Shown: in pieces, positions 31,750 through 41,661 of the stretch
Position numbering within the stretch: position 1 is the stretch's first letter
Layout of the letters: the number at the start of each line of letters is the position of its first letter
DNA from: Candidatus Hadarchaeota archaeon
GTDB lineage: Archaea; CAYQAE01; CAYVLA01
Length of the DNA stretch: 62,074 nt
Assembly (NCBI GenBank): GCA_964621445.1
Contig: CAZUNO010000017.1
Location: forward strand, 1 to 62,074
Direction: 5' to 3'
The notes under the pieces: model-generated
What the model saw: the letters and a program-made list of their open reading frames with translations, nothing else
Databases searched by the model: none
Told to the model about the DNA's origin: nothing
Program-made: the position numbers and the translations under genes

Positions 31750-32830
31750 GAACCTTTCCCTCCCTCATCACCATGCTCACGTCTTTCGGTCCTGCCCTTT
31801 TTACCACAGCAGCGTGGATATCGCGCGTGAATTTCAGCCCATACCCGGGTTCCAGGACCATTATATCGGCCTTCTTCCCGGTCTCTATGGTTCCCGTCTC
31901 CTCGGAAATTCCAGCCACCCTCGCTCCCCCGATGGTGGCCATCTTCAATATGTCCCTTGGGCCCACCCTGCGGCTCACCGCCAGAGCGACCTCCATCTCA
32001 CGGAACATAGTGAGCGAGTTAATCATGGCATTGTCCGTTCCCAGGCCGGTAACCACGCCCTGCTCGATTAAGTCATCTATGGGAGGCAGGCCGACACCCA
32101 GGTGGAGATTGCATCTTGGACATACCACTGCCCTTACTCCGCGGTCCGAGATCCTGGCCAAATCCTCCTTCCGGGCGTGGGTGAGGTGAATGAGAATATT
32201 GGCGGATAGTACATCAAGGGCGGTATCTATCTCTCTCCTCTTCCATCGTCCCTCTGAAACGTGAACGGCCACCATCTTGGATGAGGCGTAGGGGGCCATC
32301 AGCTCTAGCTCCCTCCTTTGGTAGGCACCGACCCGGTCCAGGCCGAATCCATGGGCCTCATTCGCGATCTCTCTTACCACCTCGGCCCCCATGCTCCCTG
32401 GTTTCGGTCTCCCCAGGGCCAGCCCCCTGATGTTTCGGAGGGCCCGTTTGAAGATCCTTATCCCCCTTAATCCCTGCTCCCTGAAATCGACAAAGGTCGT
32501 GGTCCCCGAGTTCCCCATCTCATCTTCCGCTCCACGGATACCCTCCATTAGGTCTTGATCCCCGGCACTGGACAGAAGTTGGTGCTTTAGGCCATCCGGG
32601 CTCTTAACCAGTTTATCCAGGGGAAGATCGATCCCCCGGTCCTTGAAGATATAGTCGCCTACGTGGGTGTGACAGTTTATAAAAGCGGGTAGGATAATTT
32701 TCTTGGAGTCCGCATTCTTATCATCCTCTACCTTCTCTATCCTCCCCGAATCAATTTCTAGATAACCCTTCATCGGGGTCAGGTCATCTCCGGCCAGTAT
32801 GGTTCCTCGAAGGATCAATTTAGCCCTCAC
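31742..32830 (-). CDS. Metal-dependent amidohydrolase (candidate riboflavin-pathway deaminase)
   Basis: NCHTHVGD, DFREQG, HVSE, HLTH, LGTDN; overlaps arfC. Confidence 0.85.
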   Translation of the reverse strand: MRAKLILRGTILAGDDLTPMKGYLEIDSGRIEKVEDDKNADSKKIILPAFINCHTHVGDYIFKDRGIDLPLDKLVKSPDGLKHQLLSSAGDQDLMEGIRGAEDEMGNSGTTTFVDFREQGLRGIRIFKRALRNIRGLALGRPKPGSMGAEVVREIANEAHGFGLDRVGAYQRRELELMAPYASSKMVAVHVSEGRWKRREIDTALDVLSANILIHLTHARKEDLARISDRGVRAVVCPRCNLHLGVGLPPIDDLIEQGVVTGLGTDNAMINSLTMFREMEVALAVSRRVGPRDILKMATIGGARVAGISEETGTIETGKKADIMVLEPGYGLKFTRDIHAAVVKRAGPKDVSMVMREGKVLA

Positions 32831-32842
32831 GAATCAGGAGTT

Positions 32843-33313
32843 CTACTCGATCATCAGGGGGTAATCTCCTTCGGCCTCCCGTGGGGCCTGATCCATTCTT
32901 CTCGCCATCTTCACCGCGGATTCAACGGACCTCTTGGCGTATTCATCTATTCTGGCCGTCCCCTGCTGACGGGTCATTCTAGGGCCCGCCACACCGAGGG
33001 CGACCGGCTTCTCGAATTCCAGAGATAGATCGGTTATCTTTCGGGTGCACTGGGCCGAAACCACCTTGTCATGTTCCGTTTCTCCCTCGATAACCATTCC
33101 CAGTGTGGCCACCGCGTCCACGTCATCCCGCATTAGAAGGGATCTTATGGCCAGCGGCATATCGAATGCTCCGGGCACCTTGAACACGCATGTAACCTCG
33201 GAGCCCAGAAATTTAGCATGTTCCATAGCTCTCTGGAGCATGAGGGCCGTCAGATCATAGTTGAACTCCGAGACCACCATGCCCAATCTTACCTTTTCCA
33301 TAGCATCTTTCAC
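32843..33313 (-). CDS. ribH: 6,7-dimethyl-8-ribityllumazine synthase
   Basis: VVSEFNYD, VPGAFDMPLA, LGMVIEGETEHD. Confidence 0.95.
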   Translation of the reverse strand: MKDAMEKVRLGMVVSEFNYDLTALMLQRAMEHAKFLGSEVTCVFKVPGAFDMPLAIRSLLMRDDVDAVATLGMVIEGETEHDKVVSAQCTRKITDLSLEFEKPVALGVAGPRMTRQQGTARIDEYAKRSVESAVKMARRMDQAPREAEGDYPLMIE

Positions 33314-33316
33314 CTC

Positions 33317-33781
33317 CTAGAGTCTTATGGGCCCGGCATCGGGCCCTCCCTGTCTCAAACCTTTTCCCGCCTTCTTCTCCAGGTAATCCCTGTTAAAGGC
33401 CAATTTAATGGCGTTTCTGGCGTGTTTTCTGGCCCTGTCCTCGGCCATATCGTACAGCTCCCTGTCCGATTGGGCCTCGTCCTCGTGTACAAAGACCTCA
33501 ACGATATGCTTTCCGGTCAGGGCCTGGATCATGATGAGTCCGAGCGAGGCCTGGTTGGAGCATTCCCTGTCGATATCCGCCGACCCGGGCATGCCCAGGG
33601 CGATGATCAGCTCGCATCCGTTGTCCATTAGTTTCCTACATGCAGCCGGCAGGTCCTTAACCCCGGGAACCGTGTAACGCCTGGTCCTTATAGGACGGCC
33701 GGAGTCGCGTATCTCCTGTAGCACGAACCTCGCCATATCCACCCGGGCAAAGGTGGTATCCACAATCCCGAATTCCATCAT
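33317..33781 (-). CDS. ribC: Archaeal-type riboflavin synthase
   Basis: GIVDTTFARVDM, TVPGVKDLP, HIVEVFVHEDE, GLRQG. Confidence 0.96.
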   Translation of the reverse strand: MMEFGIVDTTFARVDMARFVLQEIRDSGRPIRTRRYTVPGVKDLPAACRKLMDNGCELIIALGMPGSADIDRECSNQASLGLIMIQALTGKHIVEVFVHEDEAQSDRELYDMAEDRARKHARNAIKLAFNRDYLEKKAGKGLRQGGPDAGPIRL

Positions 33782-34452
33782 CTGGTGTCCTCCTTCAGTA
33801 TGTCGCTGGCCTGGATCATATTCATGTCATTTTGCCGTGCATATCTCTGGGCCGATTCCTTGGTGAGTGCACGATGTGTGTTACCGTCAAGCATCTCGCA
33901 GACGACGACCACCGGTACCAGCCCCGCGATCTCCGCCATCCTGACCGAGAGGTCGGTGTGTCCCATCCTTTCTTCCAGTCCCCCCGCGATCAGTAGGTGG
34001 AGATGACCGGGAGATCTAAATCGTTTAGCCAGGATACGTTTCCAGTCCTTTTCCGGATTTTCGCCCATCTCCCGCACCATATTGGCCAGTTCCCGGGCGG
34101 TCTGCGCCCGGTCCTCGTCGGTTACCCCGGTATAGTTTTCCCTGTGATTCAGGGTTATGGAGAATGCAGGTCTCCCTCCGTAGGGCATCTCAGCGGATGA
34201 AAGGAGCTGTAGGGCCGGGAAATCGGATTGTCTGTAAATTGTGTGGAGATAGGGGAGTCCAAGTTCGCCCGCGACATGCTTTGGTATGGCCGCACATATG
34301 AGTCCACCGGCCTCGTTTCGGAGCCTGGCCATGAGTCCCGGAGTCATATGCTCGGCGGCAATGATCATATCCGTTTCTCGCTCCCGGCTGTCCAAATCAT
34401 ATAAAAGGACCGGTTTTCCCGAAGATAGGTCCCTTATGGCGGGAGTGAGCAT
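33778..34452 (-). CDS. ribB: 3,4-dihydroxy-2-butanone 4-phosphate synthase
   Basis: YDLDSRERETD, GGLIC, TGVTDEDR, FRSPGH, RMGHT, CEML; start placed at MLTPAI. Confidence 0.94.
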   Translation of the reverse strand: MLTPAIRDLSSGKPVLLYDLDSRERETDMIIAAEHMTPGLMARLRNEAGGLICAAIPKHVAGELGLPYLHTIYRQSDFPALQLLSSAEMPYGGRPAFSITLNHRENYTGVTDEDRAQTARELANMVREMGENPEKDWKRILAKRFRSPGHLHLLIAGGLEERMGHTDLSVRMAEIAGLVPVVVVCEMLDGNTHRALTKESAQRYARQNDMNMIQASDILKEDTR

Positions 34453-34458
34453 GTATCT

Positions 34459-34474
34459 ATCCCATAATAGAGTA
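34459..34474. promoter_or_regulatory. Imperfect 16-bp palindrome directly upstream of ribB (candidate RbkR operator)
   Basis: ATCC-CATAATAG-AGTA; the minus strand TACTCTATTATGGGAT resembles the site at 34521. Confidence 0.45.
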
Positions 34475-34520
34475 AATAAAAATATCTTCTTTTTAAGAAA
34501 AGCATATTTCAACAAAAAAA

Positions 34521-34536
34521 TACTCAATAGTGGGTA
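34521..34536. promoter_or_regulatory. Imperfect 16-bp palindrome directly upstream of the HAD gene (candidate RbkR operator)
   Basis: TACTCA-ATAG-TGGGTA. Confidence 0.5.
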
Positions 34537-34541
34537 ATTAG

Positions 34542-35327
34542 ATGCCTTTGAACGAAATTGCCCGAGGATTTTCGGGTTTTATAGTTGACCTGGACGGCGT
34601 GATATACCTCCGCCACGAACTGGTAGATGGCGCACCCGAGTTCGTTGCCGGCTGTAGGTCAGATGGCAAAGACCTGGTCTTTCTAACCAACAATTCCAGC
34701 AGGACCAGGGATCAGTACGTTGATCGTCTGGATGGTTTTGGAATACCTGCCGCGAAGTCGAGCATAGTTACCTCTGCCTATGCTACCGCTCGTTATCTGA
34801 GAGATAGATCTCCTGGGAGCCGGGTATTCGTGGTCGGCCAGGAAGGGCTGATAGAGGAGCTTAGAAACGGGGGCATGGAGATAGTTGAAAATGGCCCCGC
34901 CGATTTCGTGGTCGCGGGCATAGATAACCGCTTCAATTATGGAAAGCTGGAGACGGCATCCACGCTCATCCGCTCGGGAGCCAGGTTTATAGCCACCAAC
35001 CCGGATGCCACCTTTCCCACCGAAAGGGGCCCCTTTCCCGGGGCAGGGAGCATAGTCAAGGCCATAGAGACGGCTTCAGGTCAGCCTCCCACGGTTATTG
35101 GAAAGCCCAACCGCTGGATCCTGGATATATCACTTGACGCCATGGACGGGTCGGCTCAGGAGGTAGCGATCATAGGGGACCGGATGGAAACCGACATCAA
35201 GGGGGGGCTGGACGCCGGTCTAAAGACCATATTGGTGCTTTCCGGGGTCACCACCAGGGAACAGGTTAGGAACAGCGATCTAAAGCCCGATCATACTCTA
35301 AACTCGATCGCGGATCTGGTTGAATAA
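34542..35327 (+). CDS. HAD-IIA (NagD-family) phosphatase
   Basis: DLDGVIY, LTNNS, IGKPN, IGDRMETDI. Confidence 0.93.
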   Translation: MPLNEIARGFSGFIVDLDGVIYLRHELVDGAPEFVAGCRSDGKDLVFLTNNSSRTRDQYVDRLDGFGIPAAKSSIVTSAYATARYLRDRSPGSRVFVVGQEGLIEELRNGGMEIVENGPADFVVAGIDNRFNYGKLETASTLIRSGARFIATNPDATFPTERGPFPGAGSIVKAIETASGQPPTVIGKPNRWILDISLDAMDGSAQEVAIIGDRMETDIKGGLDAGLKTILVLSGVTTREQVRNSDLKPDHTLNSIADLVE

Positions 35328-35390
35328 CCTCGAGAGATAGGACCTGCGCGATACTCTTTTATAGCCCCCTCGGTCTATGGATGTTAATCG

Positions 35391-36500
35391 GTGTTAAACT
35401 TGACCATAAACCTAGGCGTGGTGGGTGTGGGTTATCTCTCCTCCTGCCTTCTTAGCGGTATCTCCCTGAGCAAGAAAGGGGACGATGTCTGGACCTGCCT
35501 GAGCAACCCGGTGAGACAGGAACTGGACACCCCCATATCCGATATTGACCTTAAACTGGCCTTCGATATAGACTCAAACAAGATCGGGAGGATGGTAGGG
35601 GAGGTGGCCAGGAATTACTACCCGGCCACGGACCCCGATCAGTATGCCGACGTGGAGATACAGAGGGGGGTCTGCGTGGAGGGTGACCACGTTGTGAATA
35701 ACGTCTCCTCCATATGGGACGACATGGATCGGGGTGAGACCGAGGAGTACCTCAGAAGCAGGATGAAGGATATAGATGTCCTCCTAATCTCCTCCACCAC
35801 CGAACCCCAGGACACCCTGACCAGCGCCAAGGTCTACGCTCTATACGCCCTGCAGGAGGGCGTCAGCGTCATAAACGGCATCCCCACCGAGATAGCGGGG
35901 GATGAGGAGTATGATTACCTGGCCCGTGAAAACGAGGCGGTGCTTTTCGGCAATGACTTTGCCAGCGGTGCCACTCCCCTTACCCACGACCTACTGACCC
36001 ATCTCTCTCACCACGCAAGGATACCCATAAACATCGCCCAATGGCAGTATGCCAGCAACATGGACTTCAAGTCGCTGAGCGAGTCAAATGAGAGGGGGAG
36101 CGCCAAGAAGATATCAAAATCGAAGATAATTGAGGCGGCATTTCCCGGAATGGATATTCCCAATCACATAGGCATCCAGTTCATACCCCCGACCACTGAC
36201 GCAGAGCCCTACTCCAAGGGGATGCCCATCGCGGACCCCGATACCAAGCACATGTACCTCAATATACTATATCGAACCTTTGCCGGAACCATGAACTCCC
36301 TCACGGTCACTGCCAAGATAAGCGATAGTCCTAGCGCATCGGTACTGGCTGCCGACCTGATCAGGCTGGTTCCCCTGGCCAAGCAGAAGGGGGATTACGT
36401 GCCGCTGGCGCCAAACGGCTTCTATTTCAAGAGTCCGCCCAAGGTATTTCCAAGCAGGATAGAGGCCTTCAACACCATGCTGGAGTGGCTAAGGAGCTGA
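35391..36500 (+). CDS. ino1: myo-inositol-1-phosphate synthase
   Basis: VGVGYL, AFDIDSNKIG, FGNDFASGATP, NMDF, ISDSP, FYFKSPP. Confidence 0.85.
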   Translation: MLNLTINLGVVGVGYLSSCLLSGISLSKKGDDVWTCLSNPVRQELDTPISDIDLKLAFDIDSNKIGRMVGEVARNYYPATDPDQYADVEIQRGVCVEGDHVVNNVSSIWDDMDRGETEEYLRSRMKDIDVLLISSTTEPQDTLTSAKVYALYALQEGVSVINGIPTEIAGDEEYDYLARENEAVLFGNDFASGATPLTHDLLTHLSHHARIPINIAQWQYASNMDFKSLSESNERGSAKKISKSKIIEAAFPGMDIPNHIGIQFIPPTTDAEPYSKGMPIADPDTKHMYLNILYRTFAGTMNSLTVTAKISDSPSASVLAADLIRLVPLAKQKGDYVPLAPNGFYFKSPPKVFPSRIEAFNTMLEWLRS

Positions 36501-36504
36501 TCGG

Positions 36505-36921
36505 ATGGTTACCTATAGCCAGAAATTCGGGAAGAAGACCAAGGGCGAGCTTGATTTCATCGACATAACCCGGGATGCACAGGAAGTGGTTCGGAGCTCA
36601 AAGGTGAGGGATGGCCTTCTCACCCTGTTCGTGCCTGGGGCAACTGCAGCCATAGTGGTAAATGAGAGTGAAAAGAGTATACTCCACGATTTCAAACAGG
36701 CAATAGAACACATGGTGCCAGAATCCGACAGTTATCGGCACGGCGAGAACGCCCGAAGCCACATCAGGGCCATGGCCCTGGGCCCTAGCGAGAGCATCCC
36801 AATCCGCGATCGGGATCTGGATATGGGTACCTGGCAATCGATATTTCTGGTGGAACTGGATGTTAGACCGAGAAATAGGGAGGTCCTTGCCCGGGTCGTG
36901 GGAACTAGCGCCGTACACTGA
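36505..36921 (+). CDS. YjbQ/UPF0047 family protein
   Basis: IDIT, PGATAA, NARSHIR, GTWQSI..ELD..R.R. Confidence 0.9.
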   Translation: MVTYSQKFGKKTKGELDFIDITRDAQEVVRSSKVRDGLLTLFVPGATAAIVVNESEKSILHDFKQAIEHMVPESDSYRHGENARSHIRAMALGPSESIPIRDRDLDMGTWQSIFLVELDVRPRNREVLARVVGTSAVH

Positions 36922-36929
36922 GAGCCGGT

Positions 36930-37193
36930 TCATTCCTTCTTCTGGGGTATCTTTCTTCCGTCAACGATAACGAATTCCTTTACCACCTGGACGGCGTTAT
37001 AGGGAACGATGATGTTTCCATCATCGTCATGAAGCATGTTCTGAGTTACCTCGTCCTTGAAGGGACGAACGATCAAGGCGATCAATTCACCCGTGTTCTC
37101 GCTCATGGTGATGTCGTATAGCTCTCCAACTCTCTCGCCACCATCGGTGACGACTTCCTTGTCCCGAAGTTTGCTGGCTATGATGTTCGCCAA
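36930..37193 (-). CDS. Single PRC-barrel protein, CdpB1-like
   Basis: IIASKLRDKEVVTDGGERVGELYDITMSENTGEL..L.V.P...VPYNAVQVVKEFVIV. Confidence 0.85.
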   Translation of the reverse strand: MANIIASKLRDKEVVTDGGERVGELYDITMSENTGELIALIVRPFKDEVTQNMLHDDDGNIIVPYNAVQVVKEFVIVDGRKIPQKKE

Positions 37194-37292
37194 TTTAAGA
37201 TCTCCTCGCGGCCGGTTTCCTCCCTCAAATGCGTTTTCGGTGTTTATATCTATTTCGTGAAATACCTTGTTCGTAGGGCATGGTCCCCCTGT

Positions 37293-39572
37293 TTACCGGG
37301 TGTATTCCAGTATTTCCCTGGAATATTGCTTTCCGAACTCGCCGCCGATCCTCCGGTACATGTTCATGATATCCCTGCTCACGCTGGCCCCTATCTTCTC
37401 CAAGGCCTCATCGAAGTGCTTCTTCTCAACCTGGTTGACCTCAATGTCCTCTCTTATGGCCAGCATGGCTGCCTCCCTACAGACGCTGGCCAGGTCGGAA
37501 CCCACGTAGCCCTCCGTCTTCCCGGCAATTGCATCCAGATCGATCTTATCGGAGAGGGGCATCTTCCTGGTGTGTACCTCCAGAACCTCTCTCCTCTCGC
37601 CACGATCGGGAGCCTCTATTAGCAACTGCCTATCTATCCTCCCCGGCCTTATCAAAGCGGGGTCTATTATGTCCGGCCGGTTGGTGGCCGCTATGACCAC
37701 CACGTCCTTGAGCTCCTCCAGACCATCCAGCTCCGTTAGCAGCTGGGTTACCATCCGTTCGCTCACGTGGGAGTCGGCCGAGGCCCCCCTCTTGGGGCAT
37801 ATCGCGTCCAGTTCATCCAGAAATATGATGGAGGGAGCGGCCTGTCTGGCCTTGCGGAAGGTCTCTCTGATGGCTTTCTCCGATTCACCAACCCATTTGG
37901 AGAGCACGGACGGCCCCTTGATGGAGATGAAGTTGGCGTCGCTTTCGTTGGCCACCGCCTTGGCAACCAGGGTTTTCCCGGTTCCGGGCGGACCGTAGAG
38001 CAATACCCCCTTTGGAGGGCTGATTCCCAGTCTCTTGAAGGTTTCAGGATAGGATAGAGGCCATTCTATGGTCTCCTTCAGCTCCCTCTTGGTTTCCGAT
38101 AGACCACCGATGTCATCCCAGGTCACCTTGGGTATCTCTATGAGGACCTCTCTCAGGGCCGATGGTTCGATGCTTCTGAGCGAGAGGTCGAAGTCCTCCC
38201 TCTTCACTATGAGTTTGTCCAAGATGTTGGAGGGAATCATGTCCTCCTCCAGGTTGATTTCAGGCAGGACACGTCTGAGGGCGCTCATGGCCGCTTCCTT
38301 ACACAGAGCTTCCAGGTCCGCGCCCACGAAGCCGTGGGTCCTGTCCGCCAGGGGTTCCAGGTCCACGTCATCGTCCAGGGGCATGCCCCTGGTGTGGATG
38401 TGCAATATCTCCTTTCTGCCCTGCCTGTCGGGCACCCCGATCTCGATCTCCCGGTCAAACCTTCCGGGCCTTCTTATGGCGGGGTCCAGGGCGTTCTCCC
38501 TGTTGGTCGCGCCTATTACCACGACCTTGCCCCTGGTCTTGAGGCCATCCATCAGTGAAAGTATCTGGGCCACGACCCGCCTCTCGACCTCGCCGGTCAC
38601 CTCCTCCCTCTTAGGTGCTATGGCGTCCAGCTCATCGACGAATATCACGCTAGGTGCGTTTTGTTCGGCCTCCTTGAACAGGTTCCGAATTCTCTTCTCT
38701 GATTCCCCATAGAACTTGCTCATTATCTCGGGGCCGGTTATGGATATGAAGTAGGCGTCGGCCTCGCTGGCCACCGCTCTGGCGATCAGTGTCTTGCCCG
38801 TACCGGGGGCCCCGTAGAGGAGCACGCCCTTGGGTGGCTCGATTCCCAGTCTGCCAAAGACCTCCGGATGCCGGAGGGGGAGTTCTATCATTTCCCGAAC
38901 TCTATTGATCTCCTCCCTCAGCCCCCCGATGTCGTCATAGGTGACGACGGTCATCATGCTCTCTCCTGACTCGGCGGGTTCGGGCCGGACGTCAACTACC
39001 GTCTTGCGGGTTATCTGGATAGGCCCCTTGGGTACCGTATTCACCACCTTGAATTGAAGCTCGGAGAGCCCGTATTGCCCTCCCTCACTCCCCGTGGAGA
39101 GGTCCCCGAAAAACCAATCGAATAGATTTGGCATCTCCTTGACCGTTTCCTGTCTCCTCCTGAGGCTGACCGGGGTCAGGATATCCCCCTGGACAAGGGC
39201 CCGTCCAAGCAGGGCGTTCTTCAGGTTCTGGGTGGAGGATGGTGCCTTAATGGTTCTATCCACTGGTGCAACTATGACCTTTCTGGCCTGCTTGGGTTTT
39301 ACCTCCTGGATCTCAACGCTTTCTCCCAGACCGGCTCCAGCGTTGAACCTGGTCAGGCCATCCAGGCGTATGGTTCGAAGCTTACGGTCCGAGGGCAGGG
39401 GTTCTCCAACTATGGAGACGGTGCTCCTCTTACCGGATATCTGCACGACGCTGCCGGTGGTTAGGGACAGTTCCTTGTTGACTGCTGGGTCTATCCACAC
39501 GATGCCCTTTCCGGCATCACCGGTTTTGACCTCGGCAACCTTTAAAGTAATCTTGGGTGATTTCTCTGGCAA
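37293..39572 (-). CDS. cdc48: Cdc48/VAT AAA+ ATPase
   Basis: N domain plus two AAA modules ([12 protein letters not shown]; [12 protein letters not shown]), RPGRFDREI. Confidence 0.97.
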   Translation of the reverse strand: MPEKSPKITLKVAEVKTGDAGKGIVWIDPAVNKELSLTTGSVVQISGKRSTVSIVGEPLPSDRKLRTIRLDGLTRFNAGAGLGESVEIQEVKPKQARKVIVAPVDRTIKAPSSTQNLKNALLGRALVQGDILTPVSLRRRQETVKEMPNLFDWFFGDLSTGSEGGQYGLSELQFKVVNTVPKGPIQITRKTVVDVRPEPAESGESMMTVVTYDDIGGLREEINRVREMIELPLRHPEVFGRLGIEPPKGVLLYGAPGTGKTLIARAVASEADAYFISITGPEIMSKFYGESEKRIRNLFKEAEQNAPSVIFVDELDAIAPKREEVTGEVERRVVAQILSLMDGLKTRGKVVVIGATNRENALDPAIRRPGRFDREIEIGVPDRQGRKEILHIHTRGMPLDDDVDLEPLADRTHGFVGADLEALCKEAAMSALRRVLPEINLEEDMIPSNILDKLIVKREDFDLSLRSIEPSALREVLIEIPKVTWDDIGGLSETKRELKETIEWPLSYPETFKRLGISPPKGVLLYGPPGTGKTLVAKAVANESDANFISIKGPSVLSKWVGESEKAIRETFRKARQAAPSIIFLDELDAICPKRGASADSHVSERMVTQLLTELDGLEELKDVVVIAATNRPDIIDPALIRPGRIDRQLLIEAPDRGERREVLEVHTRKMPLSDKIDLDAIAGKTEGYVGSDLASVCREAAMLAIREDIEVNQVEKKHFDEALEKIGASVSRDIMNMYRRIGGEFGKQYSREILEYTR

Positions 39573-39715
39573 GTAGATTTACACCTCTACGGTATCTTGA
39601 CACATATTTGTTGGAGCACCTATTTATCGGTATTCACCATCAGTGGTGAATGCAACTTCCTGTCCACTGTGGAAAGCTTGATAAGTTAAATCGCTCACCC
39701 AAAAGGGTGACCGGA

Positions 39716-40906
39716 ATGAAATCAGGGGATACGAACGCGGTAATAATCGACTGTCATCACGCGGGAATAGCAGGGAACATGCTTTTGGGGGCCCTTTTGG
39801 ATATGGGAGCAGAGGAGGGGAAGGTTAGGGACGAGATCCTGAGATGTACCAGCCAGGCTGGCCAGGTTAACATGGAGGTCACGCCCGTTAGGCGGGCCTC
39901 GGTGAGCTGCTTGAAGGTAGAATTTGGCTTCAAGGCATCGGGGCATGTCCATATGGAGGAATGCCTGGAGAAGGCATCCGACCCCTGGGTCCGGGAACGG
40001 GCCATCAAGGTCTTTAACACCCTCCAGGAGGCGGAGTCAAGTGTCCATGGCAAGGAACATGGTCACCACCCACATCTTCACGAGGTGGGCCGACTGGATG
40101 CCGTGGCGGACATCGTGGGCTGTCTGACTGCATGGAAGGATCTGGGCTTGGACCGTGTTGATGGATTCTCTACCTCGGTTGCCGTTGGTGGTGGCCAGGT
40201 GAAGTTCTCACACGGGTCCTTCCCGGTGCCCGCTCCAGCCACCCTTGAGATACTGCGGGGAGTTCCCATGATAATGGGGGGAGAAAGGGAACTGGCGACT
40301 CCCACCGGTGCCTCCCTGTTGGTCAACCTGGTACAGGAGTTCAATGATTCCCTGGCCATAACACCGATCAAGATAGGTATGGGGGCCGGATCCGATATGG
40401 AGGATTTCCTGAACGCCACCCGGGTGATGACGGGCTGGGTTGACGAGAATCTGGGCGACAGGGTTGACGTCATAGAGACCAGCGTTGATGATGTGACCCC
40501 GGAACATCTCGCCTATTGTTCGCAGAAATTGATGACTGAAGGAGCTCTTGACGTTAGCATCATACCCTCAAGCATGAAAAAGGGACGTCTTGGCAATCTG
40601 GTGAAGGTGATATCGGTACCCGGGAAAACCGGAGCCCTTTGCGATCTCCTGCTGGAGGAGACGGGCTCCCTGGGAGCGCGTGTTCACAGGGACGTTGAGC
40701 GGAGAAAGCTGGAAAGGGAGATCCTGGATGTGGAAACGGAGCTTGGTGGACGTAAGTGGGAGATCAGGGTCAAGATAGGAAGAGGTAGAGGGGGACAGAT
40801 TTTGAGCGCCAAACCGGAATATGATGATGTGGCTGCTATATGCGAGGAGACGGGCCTAAGTCCGTTTCAGGTTTCGCGTGCCATTTTGAGAGAACTCGAG
40901 TTATAG
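39716..40906 (+). CDS. larC: Nickel pincer cofactor biosynthesis protein LarC
   Basis: AGIAGNMLLGALLD, HLHEVG..DAVADI, PVPAPAT, TPTGA, ETSVDD, MKKGR, KPEYDD. Confidence 0.93.
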   Translation: MKSGDTNAVIIDCHHAGIAGNMLLGALLDMGAEEGKVRDEILRCTSQAGQVNMEVTPVRRASVSCLKVEFGFKASGHVHMEECLEKASDPWVRERAIKVFNTLQEAESSVHGKEHGHHPHLHEVGRLDAVADIVGCLTAWKDLGLDRVDGFSTSVAVGGGQVKFSHGSFPVPAPATLEILRGVPMIMGGERELATPTGASLLVNLVQEFNDSLAITPIKIGMGAGSDMEDFLNATRVMTGWVDENLGDRVDVIETSVDDVTPEHLAYCSQKLMTEGALDVSIIPSSMKKGRLGNLVKVISVPGKTGALCDLLLEETGSLGARVHRDVERRKLEREILDVETELGGRKWEIRVKIGRGRGGQILSAKPEYDDVAAICEETGLSPFQVSRAILRELEL

Positions 40907-41058
40907 GGCTGGAGTTTCGGGTGCCATTGATGGGGACCGGCCAGTGGTATGAGATTATTTATTAGAAAGGCATTCATTTTTATATTGGAGTAAGTGGGGC
41001 AAACTAGTTTACGTGACCGGGTGCAGATTAGTGCCCATCCTCTAAGGAGGAGCCTAAA

Positions 41059-41661
41059 ATGGGAGATTTGAAGATCGCCTACAGAAACATAAAAAGGAGG
41101 GCATTCTCCGCAAGCCTGACCATAATTGGAGTTATGGTCGGTATAGCCTTTTTCCTATACGTAGCATACATAATAATGGGTTTTGGCGGCACCATGGCCG
41201 CCAACGCGACCACGAACCAGACCGCTGGTGCAGAAGAGGCCGGTCTACAACCCTATCATATACTTCAGATGGTGGTAATTCTCAGCGTGGCCACTGTAGG
41301 AGTGACCAGTACCATGTTCATGTCCGTCACCCAGAGGACACGTGAAATCGGAATAATGAAGGCTCTTGGCTTCTCCTCGAGATCGGTTCTCAACATATTC
41401 ATGGTGGAATCCCTTCTTTTGGGTGCCATTGGAGGCGTCATAGGATGCCTAGCTGGCTTCGTGTTAACCTGGTTCAGGAATGCCTACATACTACCGGAGA
41501 ATATGCAGGTCGCGGGATCGGCGTTAATTTCGAACTTTGCCTGGCCCCTGGTTCCCCTGGGCATTTTGTTGGCCGTAGTACTGGCCGGAATCGCAGGCTT
41601 CGTACCCTCAAGAAGAGGTGCAAATATGGACCCGGAGGTGGCACTTTACTATGAGTGGTGA
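41059..41661 (+). CDS. FtsX/MacB-type ABC permease lacking a large extracytoplasmic domain
   Basis: SVTQRTREIGIMKALG, PSRRGANMDPEVAL; AAGGAGG RBS. Confidence 0.9.
   Translation: MGDLKIAYRNIKRRAFSASLTIIGVMVGIAFFLYVAYIIMGFGGTMAANATTNQTAGAEEAGLQPYHILQMVVILSVATVGVTSTMFMSVTQRTREIGIMKALGFSSRSVLNIFMVESLLLGAIGGVIGCLAGFVLTWFRNAYILPENMQVAGSALISNFAWPLVPLGILLAVVLAGIAGFVPSRRGANMDPEVALYYEW

Noticed and set aside
37257-39576. Long antisense ORFs opposite cdc48 and other GC-rich genes
   Set aside because: Expected from codon bias on the coding strand; no recognisable motifs
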